DNA of 64,000 bases from Lama glama (lineage: Eukaryota): positions 24,616,001-24,680,000 of the forward strand of contig CM052817.1 of assembly GCA_028534125.1 (NCBI GenBank), read 5' to 3'. This document shows, piece by piece, positions 1 through 13,299 of this stretch. How positions within the stretch are numbered: position 1 is the stretch's first letter; every line of letters starts with the position of its first letter. The notes under the pieces were generated by a model. That model was not told where the DNA came from. It was given only the letters and a program-made list of their open reading frames with translations, and did no database searches. The translations under genes and the position numbers were made by a program.

Positions 1-565
1 AATTTTTTAAAGATCTTTTTAGCTAGTGATAAAATATAATTAGAAACAGTATCGCAAGGTATTGTAATAGGTATTTGAATGGCTAATTTAGCTCAAAGGT
101 CTAACTGAGGAGGTGACATCTGAACTGATGTCTGAATTTAGGATGACTGAATCAGTCACACATGCAAAATCCAGGGACATCAAAAAAAAACTACCCAACT
201 ATAAGCCAGGACTTTAGTGGGCCTATTCCAAGGGGAAGCAAACTCCTCAAAGTTATCCATTTTCCCCAGGGGAGATGACTTCTCCAAGGTTGAGGTCACT
301 TTAGACCCAATTCAAAGTTCAAATTCTCTCTAAGGCAAAGCTAAAATGTATAGATCATCTTTGATACACTATAGAAGTTACTTTCTACTTGTTTTTCTAA
401 CACACACACCAAGGATGGGGTTCACATTTGTGAAACATTCCTGTGGGCAGACCCAGGTATTCTTATGCCTGTAGCATAAAAGAGAGAAGTTTCAGGTCAT
501 GGGCCACTTGTGGAACTCTGCCTCAGAGATGTATATCACAATGAATGTAAGGATGTCCCTGTTAG

Positions 566-813
566 GAGAACAAACTAGCAGTTGCCAGAGAGGAGGGGCA
601 AGAGGGTGATGGGTGAAACGGGTGAAGAGGATTAAGAGATACAAACTACCAGTTATAAAATATATAAGTCACAGAAATGTAATGTACAGCACGAGGAATA
701 GAGTCAATGACATTGTAATATGTGGTGTGTAATGTACTAAAGTATCAAATCACTACACTGTACTCCTGAAACTAACGTAACATTGTAAGTCGACTAGGCT
801 TCAATTTGAAAAA
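566..813 (+). mobile_element. 5'-truncated L1 3' end with target-site duplication
   Basis: L1 3' UTR-like sequence ending ...cttcaatttgaaaaaaa. Flanks aaggatgtccctgttag (549-565) and aagaatgtcactgttag (814-830) are 15/17 identical. Confidence 0.85.
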
Positions 814-3149
814 AAGAATGTCACTGTTAGTAGCCCTAATAATTTTTCATTCACAAACGTTAACAGTTCCTTTTTCAGTAACTTTTGACATCTAGTGTCT
901 GACCAAATCATGATAATCAGAAGCCTGTAGAATTAGGTCCTCACTTGAACCACCCATTCTTAAAAAACATTACCTACCATCGACTGCTGGCTCTTTTTTT
1001 TTTTTTTATGTGGATCCCTCTGGTGCCTTCTCTGGGTTGATAAGGGTCTAGCACAGTCTTGGTGATTAACTTCTGACCTCCCTGATAGAAAGAGGAGTGG
1101 GGAACAGACTGCTGGCTCTTAACGTGCACTCTGTCCCAGTCACGCTCCAGAGCACAGCGGACAGGACTATGAACTTGATGTTCTGGAAACTTGAGCTCAG
1201 ATCCTTGTTCTGCCATACACTTGCTACAGACATTCTCAGCCTGGGGAATAATAAGACCTAACTCATAACTTCATAGTAAGTGATATTACTACTGATAGAA
1301 ATAAAAGCTTTGCTGTTATTATTGCCAGGCTTCTAGTTGCCTCTTAAAAGCACCCTTCTCATTCACAACAGCAAGCATTACAGTAGGAAGCTGCTAACTC
1401 CATCTGGAAGGTCCTTTCCCACCCTTCCCCTCAATTTGTCCATTTAAATTCTTTTTAACCATCAGGGGCCAATTCAAGTTTTGCTTCCTTCTTCAACTAC
1501 ACTCAATCTTCTAGTTATTTCCATCTTCTCAGTGGTCTGTGAGCCCCAACTGACACTCCCAGGCTCTTGGTCCCCTCAAGTCGGCTTGCCTGTCCCATGT
1601 CCCATCTCATCCAGCCTGTAACCTCAGAAAGGGCAAGAATCTTGCCCTTCATTTATTACACCTTCCCCTTCACTTAAGTGATAAATAAATGAATGAATTC
1701 CTATCCTCAGTGTAAAGTCTTCCCCTGTGACTCTAGTTCACGTCAATGGCACTCACTTCTACGAATCCATTTTATACTTTTTTTTTTAACAGCACCATCT
1801 TGCATCGCAATTGGTTCCATATGCCTGAGATCAGGGGCACTTGTATTTAGGCAACCAAATGATAAGAATGAAGGAATCTTGTGGAGAGTGAGTTTAGAAC
1901 CATGTAGAAGAGGGTTTTCTTTGAAGGATTACACATTTTTGAAAATGTGAGTTGCAGTCTAATAGTGGATCAGGAAATCATTCTAATCTAGTGGATTACC
2001 ACCAGAAATTTTCAGTGGAATAGAACTGAAGAGAACAAAAAAATAAAGGCATCAAGGTGGATTGCAGGTAATACAGTTAACAATTATTGGTGAAACACTG
2101 GACCCACTCCCAGAATGTCTGATTCCATAGGTCTGGGGTAAAGACAGAGATTTTCCATTTCTAAGAAGTGTGTGCATGTTTGTGTTTCAACAAGATCACA
2201 ATGTAAAATAGGCTTCTTACTGTAGATCACTGTCAAAGTTTGAGAAACATTGCTCTATCTCATAGGTTAAAGAATCAGGTCAAAGAGACACATTTTTATA
2301 ATTTCACCCAAAGTACTCTGACATACATTATCTCAGAATGTTTTAAAATCCTTGTCAGGCAGATAGGATTATTATATGATAAAGAATATTACTGTCATCA
2401 TAGAATAAAGTGGGGGCAAGGCATTTAAACACAAATCTGGTGAAAAGATCTTGGTTGAGCAGCCTGTTTGGCTTACCACAGGCACCCAGGCAGACAGCAA
2501 TTGATTCAAAGCCAGAACCCAGTTTCAAAACAGTTAAATTGTAATTTCTTCACTAATGAAATGAGTGCTTCCTAAGCAAATGCAAGTCATGTAAATCAAG
2601 AGTCTATTATCAAAAAATTCTAGAAAAAAATTTTAAATTTGTTATCAAAGAATCATGTTAATTCACACTACTTTTATTTATTTTTACTTATTTATTTTTT
2701 AAATTCACGCTACTTTTAAACTGTAACTATGCCATGGAGGCTGTCCTGGTCTCACATAAGCAACAACAAAAAATGGCTGCAAATGATTAATTAACGCAGA
2801 GTGTATGATATTAGACATCCTCATCTCATGATCCCAAAGGAAATAGTAAGTCTAGACAACAAATCGGCAGTGGTTGGTAAAACCACTCCGAAGAACAGGT
2901 GGATGCCCCCCGAGCACTGGGCTGTCTCAGCAGCGCTAACATCAGGTCAGAGATTACATGCCCCAGGATACGATGCGGTAGGAAAGCTCAACATCATCTG
3001 TGAAGTATTGTTGCCTAAAAAAAAGCACACACACACACACACAAACTGAACCTGAATGTAATCAAGACTCTAAATCTAATTGCTAGTTTATCGGAAATCC
3101 AATTGGAGAAGTGAACTGGAAACAGAGGGTGGCATTCAGCCTTCCAGGA

Positions 3150-3337
3150 TGTGAGCTAGTCAGTAAGAGCCATGCAGGTGAGATCCTGGAGGGCTTGTTA
3201 AAACACAGCTCTCTGGGCTGCATTCCCAGTGTCTGCTTCAGTAGGACTAGTGGGGCCTGAGAAGAAATTTGTATTTCTCGCATGTTCCCAGGAGATGCTG
3301 AAGCTGCGGGTCCACACTTTGAAAACTACTGGTCTAT
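3150..3337. mobile_element. MER5A-like hAT-Charlie MITE
   Basis: cctggagggcttgttaaaacacag...cacactttgaaaactactggtcta resembles the MER5A consensus. Confidence 0.75.
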
Positions 3338-3596
3338 AGGACAAACCACCCATCAGTGACATGAGAGAGGACCAGTATGTTACAGAAGAAAATAGGTTTA
3401 AAAGGCAGACAAACCCCAATGCAATATATAGACTTTATCTGGATCTTGATTTTAAAAAGCTGCAACCACACAAAAAAAAATTTTTTTGAAACTGGTGAAA
3501 TCTAAATATGGACTGAAGGTAGACTTAAGTTGATAAATTATACGATTCTTTTGAGCATAATAATAGCATGATGATTACATTAAAAGCTTTTTTTTA

Positions 3597-3926
3597 GAGG
3601 AGAGCTTGCCAAGATAAAGTGGAAGGAAAAGTAGCTCACCCTCTCCCACATCAAATGAATACATACAGAACCATTCTCACAGAATACTTACTGAACTTTG
3701 GCAGAATATCTCTTACAATCAGAAATACAAGGAAAATCCTCACAAAACCAGATAAACAACAAGTTCATACTGTATGCACAGGGAGCTATTTCAATATCTC
3801 ATAGCAACCTATAATGAAAAAGAATATGAAACCAAATATATGTATGTATATGTATGACTGAAACGTGCTGTACACCAGAAATTGACACAACACTGGAAAC
3901 TGACTATACTTCAATTTAAAAAAAAT
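3597..3926 (+). mobile_element. Short L1 derivative: L1 5' UTR start fused to L1 3' UTR
   Basis: 3597-3751 resembles the cetartiodactyl L1 5' end (caagat..., cacagaatacttactgaactttggcagaa). 3752-3926 is an L1 3' end homologous to the copy at 4912-5155. Confidence 0.7.
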
Positions 3927-4911
3927 TTTTAAGGTTAAAGGTACATGCTGAATTTTTTTGGTCTTGTTTTTGTTTTATTTGTTTGATAAAATGACAGGAT
4001 TCCTACAGACAGATGAAATAAGATTATCAAAATATTGATTATTGTTGAAACTTGATCATAGGTGTCTGGGGACTTGTTACATTAGTCTCTCTAATTTGGG
4101 TATTGTTTTAAAGTTTTCATGATGAGTTTTTTTTTTCTTTTTTTCTTTAATGACCATTGCCTACACTAGACATCTCTACATTATAGAGAATTGCATTCTC
4201 CTTATCTGGATATTAGCCTTCCAGTGGCCTCAACACTTCAAAAAATAAAACCTGACACTGGAAATAAAGGTAAATTGCCCTTTGTGCTCCAGAAGTAGCT
4301 GTGATGAAACTCTACTAAAGCCATGAAAAACCTTTAGATATTATTCAGACTTTCTGAACATACAGTTCTAAAAGGGTTGGTTGGTCTGGTTTCTAGTAAA
4401 GGAAGACTGTCAAAAATAGGTATAGTGACAGCTGGAAAAGTAACAGCTCACAGCCTGACATTCCTAGAGCAGAAGAGAAATGTACAAACAAGTTGAATCA
4501 ACACATTACACAGCGATAGATCATTGACTAATTCATCAATAATGAATCATGAACTTCTTTTAATCCATTACCATTCTAATTCCCTTACTTACATTGTTAA
4601 CGCTCTTAATCCACATAAAAACCCACTGAGATTGGCACTGTGGAAAGCTGCAGTTCACAGATATAGAAACTGGAGCACAGAGAGGTTAGGTAACATACCT
4701 AAGATCACAGAGCGGATGGCCTGTGCTCTTAACCACTTTCATTGCCACCTCATCCATAAAAGTTAAACAGAAGACAATGGGGTGAAGTTTAAGACATTAT
4801 CTATGTGAAATGAAAGTATTAAAGACAGACATTTTTTCTACTGAAATTTATTTAAAGAGTTTTAAAGATGGCTAAAGGGATAAACTGTCTAATTGGAAGT
4901 CTCTTTCTTTA

Positions 4912-5155
4912 AATTTTTTTTAATTGAGGTATAGTCAGTTTACAATGTTGTGTCAATTTCTGGTGTATAGCCCAATTCTTCAGTCATACATTATATACAT
5001 ATATTCATTTTCATATTCTTTTTCACCATAAGCTACTACTAGATATTGAATGTATCTCCCTGTGCTATGCATTATAAACTTGCTTATCTATTTTATACAT
5101 ACCAGTCAGTATCTGCAAATCTCAAACTCCCAGTTTACCCTTCCCACCCCACCCC
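4912..5155 (-). mobile_element. L1 3' end (artiodactyl-type)
   Basis: ttttttaattgaggtatagtcagtttacaatgttgtgtcaatttctggtgta is the reverse complement of an L1 3' terminus. gaagtct(ct)ttct on both flanks is a possible TSD. Confidence 0.85.
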
Positions 5156-5214
5156 CCAGACCCGCCCCAGAAGTCTTTCTGAAGAAAGTATGTTATGGTA
5201 GAAAGATCATGACT

Positions 5215-5370
5215 ATGGAGTTAGAGGTACCTGGGCTCAGAGTTGGGCTCCATCTTTAATCAGCTGTGGGATCTTAGGCAAGTTACTTGACCTCTCTGAT
5301 TCTTGGATTTCTCAGCTTTGAAGTGGAAGCAGTAATGCACAACATTCTCATGAGGATCAAATGAGTTAAT
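5215..5370 (+). mobile_element. MIR SINE remnant
   Basis: Core agctgtgggatcttaggcaagttacttgacctctctg...tgaggatcaaatgag. Confidence 0.75.
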
Positions 5371-5911
5371 GGCTTATAATTAGTTCATATTCCACCCCTC
5401 ATATGGGAAAACCAGTGGTGCTGGATAAATGAGCTGTTACTTTATAATAGGCACAAATCACTGCAATTACTAGAAGATGAATCCTAGAATGATCCTAAAT
5501 AAACTGTCCTTCTCCCAGAATTCAGACAAGTTAGCAGAGATGAGAGGATGGAGGGCCCCTTCAAAAGATGGTTACATGAAAAGCCTACAGAAATTTCTTA
5601 TCCCCAGAGCATACCTGAAATCCCCCCAGGACTCTTCCGGGGGAATTCAAGGGATTCTGAGCACCCCAGAGGGTGGAAGCAAAGTCAGCTAAGTCCTATT
5701 TTGTGGCCTTGATTTTGGCCAGTTTATCACCAACTGCTAGAGCCTAGGAAATACAGATGACAAACACTTCCGTGTGTAACTCAATATTTTCAATCAGGAA
5801 AGAAAGGTAATATTCAAATATTCCTTTTAATTAAAACCATTTAAATGTATTTTAGAATACTGTGTCAATTTACTACCATCTAAGGAGGATATTATGCAAG
5901 ATATTAAGAGG

Positions 5912-6478
5912 AATTTTTTTAATTGAAGTGTAGTTGATTTACAATATTGTGTTAGTTTCGTATGTACAGCATAGTGATTCAGGGTTTTTTCCCGCAGATT
6001 ATATTCCATTTTAGGTCACTACAAGATCTTGGATATAATTCCCTGTGCTATACAGTAAATCCTTGTTGCTCATTTATTTTATGTATGGTAGTTTGTGTCT
6101 GCTAATCCCATAGTCCTAATTTGTCCCTCTCTCCTTTCTAACCATAAATTTGCTTTCTCTCTGAGTCTGTTTCTGTTTTGTATATAGATTCATTTGTATT
6201 TTTTTTAGATTACACATATAAGTGATATCATATAGTATTTATCTTTATATGACTTATTTCACTAAGCGTAATATTTTCTAGGTCTATCCATGTTGCTGCA
6301 TTGGCATTTTCATTCTTTTTTATGGCTGAGAAATATTCCATTGTGTGTGGAATGGACCATACCTTCTTCGGTCAATCGTCTACTGAAAGGCACTTGAGTT
6401 GTTTCCATGTCTTGGCTATTGTAAATAGTGCTGCTATGAACACTGGGGTGCATTTATCTTTTCAGATTAGAGTTTTTA
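5912..6478 (-). mobile_element. L1 3' fragment
   Basis: ttttttaattgaagtgtagttgatttacaat ... ccatgtcttggctattgtaaatagtgctgctatgaac (end of ORF2 and 3' UTR, reverse). Confidence 0.88.
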
Positions 6479-6813
6479 GAAGGACCTGTAATTGTGAAAT
6501 TCCAATTACAGATTTGGCATATACTGAAGGGGACACTTGCAAGTCGCAGTAGGTTTTCATGAGCCCAGGTCTTGTCAATGGGTACCCACTAATAACGCTG
6601 TTGCCATTAAGACAGCACTCAGCAAGCCAGCTTTCTTCTGTTCACTTCTCAGGCCCACAGTACACATGCCGGGCTTCCTTCTAGGCGTGTCTGCTCTGTC
6701 TCAGTTCAAAAGAAGAAATTTTCTTGTAACTTTGAACCAGCAGTATACACATGGGCAATTCAGCGTTTTTGTAAGGCTTTCAAAGCAGGGCTGACAGACC
6801 TCCGCAGGATCTG

Positions 6814-6837
6814 CACACACACACACACACACACACA
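6814..6837. repeat. (CA)n microsatellite
   Basis: About 12 CA units visible. Confidence 0.95.
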
Positions 6838-7119
6838 GGCAGTTTTGAAAGAACCCTTAGATACACTGACCAGGGCTGACCCCTGCAAGGCAGCAGGAGG
6901 AGCAGTGAGAGCCTGCTGTGGGCCAGGCATTGTGCGATGTGTCCAGGCCAGGATAAGGACCCGGCCAGCTGAACAGCGGCTGTGAGAATTAGTCTTCATG
7001 GGCACTGAAACATGACTGGAATCCACATTTTTAAGTATGGAGTTAGATATTAGGTCTGAGAATGGAACTTTTTATTTATTAAATATAAATTGACGCCATT
7101 TCCACTGACATAATGCTCT

Positions 7120-8394
7120 CAATATTTACTAACTTGGTGGGATATTTAGCATTGCATTATTTATAAAAGCAAAAAAGAAATTGGAAGAATCCAAATACCC
7201 ATCAGTAAGAAAAGTGATCAAGAAAATGTGGAATATTCATACGATAGGATATATTTATGATACGAAGGAATGGACTGTATCTAAATTTATCAGCACAGAG
7301 TCATGACAACAATGTAAGAATGAAAAAAGTGCAGAATATGTGCCGTATATAATTTATGTAAATTTAAAAATAGGATACCCATACATGTATATTTATATTT
7401 ATAAAGTATAAAAATAGACTGAAAGAGTATATAATAAACTTATAATAATATGTCCATCTTGGGAAGGAAGAGGAGAATCAGCTTGGATTTGTAGGTCGAG
7501 GGAGAATTCCAACTTTATCTGCTGTTTTATTTTTTATTTTTAGAATGTCTGTTGGGGTCTGTGAGATTAAAGGCAAAAGGAACTATGCTTAAATACTGTA
7601 CTCTTGTCAATAAGATTGTTTCCTACAGGGATGGAGGCTAATAATTCTGATACCGCTCTCCACATATACTGGAAATGAACCATTAAGTAAATGAATGACA
7701 GGTGGTGGGATCCGGGTTTCCCACAGTTGGAGTCAAAATGTACACAGCAGCAGGAAGAGAATGGTCCATGTGATAAGGGCTTAGAGTTGGAGACCTTAGT
7801 TTATGGAGTGTATGGAGAACTCATGTTCAACCTAAAAATAGATTCAAGTTTATGATTAGTAACTTACTATGGAGCACAGGTGGTTACCTGCAGAAGTGTT
7901 TATAGCTGTGCGTATACACACAGGTTAGTGCACACACATCATTCTGAGGGGGCCTAAAAGAAATGGCACTGCAGTGGCAACAAGCACACCTAGCACCCAG
8001 ATCTTGGTTTCTGGTACCATTCCCCAGCAAGTGGAACAAAGTCTCCATGGAGAGATGGGTGATTCTGGGACTGGAGCAGGAAATACTCAAGATGAGCCTG
8101 GAGCATCTTGTGCCAGAAAGTAAGTAGTTTTTAAAAAATAAAAACTGCCACAATGAAGGGAGTATGTTAAAGGGACCCAGGGGTCAAGTAAAAGAGCTTC
8201 CAATGACCAAGGCTGGAATAATTTAAGTAACAAAACAAAGTAACATTAGATTATAACTCAAAATGTAAAATAGCCATGAGTCCCTACTGATATAAGTGAC
8301 TGAATAAAAATATAAATTCTTTGCAGAACTCCAAATTATGCAGCTCATGTAAATTATGTAGACATTCTACCCTAAAGGAGGGGATTATAACTCC
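7120..8394 (+). mobile_element. Old L1M 3' remnants (L1ME-like then L1MD/MC-like), truncated by the gap
   Basis: gcattgcattatttataaaagcaaaaaagaaattggaagaatccaaatacccatcagtaag and the downstream AT-rich 3' UTR-like sequence. Confidence 0.6.
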
Positions 8395-8894
8395 NNNNNN
8401 NNNNNNNNNNNNNNNNNNNNNNNNNNNNNNNNNNNNNNNNNNNNNNNNNNNNNNNNNNNNNNNNNNNNNNNNNNNNNNNNNNNNNNNNNNNNNNNNNNNN
8501 NNNNNNNNNNNNNNNNNNNNNNNNNNNNNNNNNNNNNNNNNNNNNNNNNNNNNNNNNNNNNNNNNNNNNNNNNNNNNNNNNNNNNNNNNNNNNNNNNNNN
8601 NNNNNNNNNNNNNNNNNNNNNNNNNNNNNNNNNNNNNNNNNNNNNNNNNNNNNNNNNNNNNNNNNNNNNNNNNNNNNNNNNNNNNNNNNNNNNNNNNNNN
8701 NNNNNNNNNNNNNNNNNNNNNNNNNNNNNNNNNNNNNNNNNNNNNNNNNNNNNNNNNNNNNNNNNNNNNNNNNNNNNNNNNNNNNNNNNNNNNNNNNNNN
8801 NNNNNNNNNNNNNNNNNNNNNNNNNNNNNNNNNNNNNNNNNNNNNNNNNNNNNNNNNNNNNNNNNNNNNNNNNNNNNNNNNNNNNNNNNNNNNN
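8395..8894. other. Assembly gap (exactly 500 N)
   Basis: Run of N; the fixed length suggests a scaffolding placeholder. Confidence 0.99.
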
Positions 8895-9032
8895 TTCTTG
8901 GGGGGGCTTGGTTTTGGGGGGCTGGAGGGGAGGGTAATTAGATTTTTTTTTCCAATGGAGGCACTGGGAATTGAACCCACGACCTCTTACACGCTGAGCA
9001 CACACTCTACCGCTGAGCTATACCCCTTACCT
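8895..9032 (-). mobile_element. vic-1-like tRNA-derived SINE
   Basis: The reverse complement carries A box (agctcagcggtagag), B box (gggttcaattccc) and an aatctaattaccctcc tail. Homologous to 24107-24227. Confidence 0.8.
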
Positions 9033-10739
9033 TTTTAGACAGATCAAAGTACCCAAGCTTAATAACTTGAAAGATCAATACTATCGCTTGTTGTAGAAAC
9101 ATCAACTGAAGCAGTTCTCCCAACTCTCCTGCCTGAACTTCCGCTGATTTAGGAAAACTCCTTCTTGGCCTTTCCATGTTCTGCCAGACCAGAAAGGATA
9201 TGTTTCAGCCCAACTGGACACAAAACTTTGGGTTGAGGGGAAAACGCAGCCACAAGAGTGCCTTTTAAGAAAAGAAATTGGGAAATCATCCTCAGATTTC
9301 CTCCTTCCCTCTCCTTTGCACAGTTCATAGAAGCAGTGCTCTTCTTTCCCGCCGCGCACCTCAACCCTAGTACAAAACTAGTAAGAGCAGAGAAAGCGGA
9401 ACTGCTGTCTCTCCCGCATCCACCCCGCCCGTGGCCACGCCCCCTCCCCCGTGGAGAATAAGCCATTTTAGTACAGGCTGCCAAGTACACATTAAAGGTT
9501 GAGATTACAAGATCCTTTGCTCAAAATAAACATTTTAAAAATAATGAACATGCATTTGAGTCTCCGTTTCTCATTCGTGTATTAACTCTGTCCCACCCAA
9601 AACTAATATGGTATTTTTTGTTTTTTGGGCTTTTTGGGGGGTTTTTTTGGTTAATATTCTTGAAGTTGGAGGAACTTCTGCCTAGTTTCTTTTAAGGAAC
9701 TTTTGTGTAAAAATATACCACTTTTAGCAATGCTTATGAGTTAGTTATTTAGAAGATCAGTTCCCTAAGGTCTTCTATTTACTTGAGTCATATATATAAA
9801 TTTGAAAATTGGAAGAAGCCTAGATAAAGATACAATAATTACATATGTCGTGCCACGGAATAGATTTCTAGAAAGGGGTTGTGGTGAGCGGGAACTTTTT
9901 ACCAATAATGTTTAACTAGAGCCTGAGGGATGTTAATTTCTGGAACTGCTTGTGATTGTGGCCAATCTTCAAAATAATTTTTATTGCTGCAAAATCATTT
10001 TTTTAACTACAAGGAGTTAAAAAAAAGGAACAACTTTGTATAAAGTGAAAATAATTGCAAAACTGAATCATCTCTCTGGCCTCATTCAGAGGATGCAGTG
10101 ATTCAAGGGTACCTGGCCTCGGCCTCTTGAGTGCACAGACCAAAAGGTAAGTACATTTAGCACATATTTCGATGCTATTTACCACCATAACCCTAGGATA
10201 ATTAATGTTCTCATTTTCCAGGTAGGCTAGGAAAGACAATAATTTACCCAGTGACATGAGACTGCTTCATTTCAGGTCTTCTTTAAATTGCTCTGTAGTC
10301 TCAGAAATCACTTCCCTGTTCCTTAATCTCTCAACAGATAACCTGTGAACTGTTGCTATGATGCAAAAGACATGTCCTTCAGCATCTTACTCATCCTCAC
10401 CAGGCGCTTTAAATTCAGAAAGTTTGGTTACTTCTGTAACTTGATCCTCATGGGTTTATATGTGCACGTAGAAGCCACTGCAACAGGATGATGCTATGGT
10501 GAAAGCATAAGCTTTTAGACACAGCTGGGTTCAAATCCCAGGGCTGGAGCTTCACCTCTGTGAGCCTCCATTTCTTTGTTAAATAGGGATGATAACTGCT
10601 GATACAATGATGGGATGGCTCTTGGCCTGGAAGCTAAGAATCAAATCAGTGCACACAAGTGAGGAAATTCTGTATGTTAACTTGCATGACTTCTGTCATC
10701 AGAAAACAAATCTTAAAAACACGTGTTAAAAATAATTAA

Positions 10740-11440
10740 GTGCATCACTTCATGACAGCCACCACTAGAATGGCTGTAATCAGAAAGATGGCAGTATCAA
10801 GTGACGGAAGGGATATGGAGAACCTGGAACCCTCACACACTGCCGGGGGCGGGGTGTAAAGTGGTGCATCCACTGTGTGAAACAGTGTGGCGGTTTGTTA
10901 AAAGGTTAAACCTAGAACCACTATATTACCCGGCAGTACAGTCCCAATATATACTCAAAAAGAATGAAAACATGTGTCCACACAAAAAATTATCTGAGTG
11001 TTCATAACAGCATTATTCATGGTGGCCGGAAAGTGTCCCCGTAGACAAACAGAATACGGTGCATACCCACAGGACACTATTGTATGGCCAGAGAAAGGAA
11101 AGAAATACTGATATATGCTGCAGCGTGGATAAACCTGGAAAATATCACAGAAAGTGCAAGAAGCCAGACACAAAAGGCCACATATTGTGTGATTCTGTTT
11201 ATATGAATGGTCCAGAATAGAGAAATACATAGACAGAAAGTATATTGGTGATTGCCTGTCACTGAGTAGGATGGGGGATCGGGCGTTCTTGCCTAAAAGG
11301 TACACAGTTTCTTTTGAGGGTGATAAAACTGTTCTAAAATTGATTGTGTACAACCCTATGAATATACTAAAAATCACTGAATTGTACACTTTATGTGGGT
11401 AAAAGTAAGGTATGTCAATTATATCTCAATAAAACTGTTA
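10740..11440 (+). mobile_element. L1MB-like 3' end
   Basis: ORF2 C-terminal remnant (ggaaccctcacacactgc, ccactgtgtgaaacagt) through ...aattatatctcaataaaactgtt. Confidence 0.85.
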
Positions 11441-13299
11441 GAAAGTAGTAAAATGGTGGACTTCTAATTAATGAACCTTTGAAGTTGTTACACAAGGTGT
11501 CAGTGGACATCTGTTAATTACCCCATCAGAGGTGTGTCCCCACATCCATGGCCTTTAGCTTTTGAGACTCTTCCTTGCTCACGGCAGCAGTTCTCCCATG
11601 TGTAAAAATGTGAAGCTTCAGCTCTGATCTTTGTTTGATAGCTTTATTGTGTTTTTCCTGATTGTAAAATTAACACATACACAGTGGGAAAAACTTAGAA
11701 AAGTATAAGTTCAAGGCATAAATTAAAGAACACAGGTAATCCTGTGCCTCTAAGAGCACTATACCTTCCTGACTCCTTTCCAGGTTGGAAAATCTGGTCT
11801 AGAATTTAGGTTTTAGAGAACCAAGTCTCATACCAAATACATAGGTAACCTTCATTTTGACAGACTTTCTCTGAAATGATCACGTGGACCTGAAGAGCTC
11901 ATCTTTCTAAAAGCAGGTTTCTAGTCTAGTCTAGGTTAGATAGTGCTAAAATGCAGTTAACACCTTGTATTAATTTAAAAACACACCCCCGCTTGCTTTG
12001 CCCTGCCATCAGTGGTCTCCCTCTCCCTGTCACACGTGTCCCAGATTGTAATCTTATTCATTATGTGCCCAGTTGTGATTTCTCTAGACCTACACAGGGG
12101 CCTCTGGAAAGAAAAGGTTATGAGGGAAGTGCTGCCTGGATCTCTAGACCTGGGGCCCAGTGCGCTGGGAATTGCACCCTCCCCAGACCAGGTGTTCATG
12201 TGAGGCTGACCTAATACATCAGATGAATATAGTAGCCTATTCTTTGTCAGGGAAAAAAATGCATTAATTATTTGGCTTAAGTCCACCAAATTAAGGTTGG
12301 CCCTGAAGGGAACAAATACTTCCCTGAGCTTTGGATTGTCCTGGTAAAGAGCTAAAATAATAGTAAATATTGCTTAGATAGGGAATCAGACCTCTTACAC
12401 TCATGTGTGCTCACAAGGGAAAGATGTTCTTATTTACAATTTGCCTTATAAAATTATTTTCCCAAATTGATCTTTTAGAACAAGGAAATTAATCGAGAAC
12501 AGGATGTGCTGCTTTCCATTGGGAATCCATTTCTATGAAGAAACATAACTGGAAACAGTTAACTATTTATTTAATGCTCTTATGCTAACACTTAATGCTC
12601 ACATTAACTCTTAATGCTCTCAGGGCTTTCTGCCTCCCCCTCAGTTAACATTTATCAGTTATTTTTATTGCTGGTTATTCTTTCCCTTGAAAGTGTTTTG
12701 TTTTCTCAAATGGTTGTAAATTTTTTAAAAGCCTGTCCCATAAATGTCATTTTAATCTCCCACAGTCCCTTATTTAAGATCGAGCCCTAAATATTTCTTG
12801 ATTAATTATTTGCCAGCAGGCATGTCTGGCCTTCCTGAAATATGGGCATTGTGATCTAATTATGTAGACATATCTTTCTGAAGGCACCGTCACAATTACA
12901 CTGACTACACAGAAAAGAGCAGCTTTTTTTGGAGCAAAATCTGTTCATTAAACAGGTTGCTTAAAAGTATGTGACTAGTCATTGTACTGGTCTCTCATGT
13001 CTTCTGTCAGTTTGAGAATTTTCAGAATCAAAAGTTGTGGGTTTTTTTAAGTTCAACACCCATGTTTATGTCTAGAACTTAGACCCAGTATCATATTTTT
13101 TCTATATTCAACATTTCAGATGGGCTGTGTATTTCAAAGGATGCTAAGCTACAGCAAACAACTGCCTGTTTCTAAGGACCGAACGCCTTTCTCTTTGAAC
13201 CCTGTTCATTGTCTTTCTTCCTAAGAATTTTTCATGTTGTGTTTCACAGGTGTCCTCCCCAAACCTTCATCAGTTAATTAACTGGGTATTTCAGAAAAG

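Noticed and set aside
8321..9005. ~200 aa ORFs spanning the first gap
   Set aside because: Artefacts of translating N as X.
12570..12621. Three copies of ttaatgctc with irregular spacing
   Set aside because: Short degenerate slippage repeat; no regular repeat-spacer structure, not CRISPR-like.
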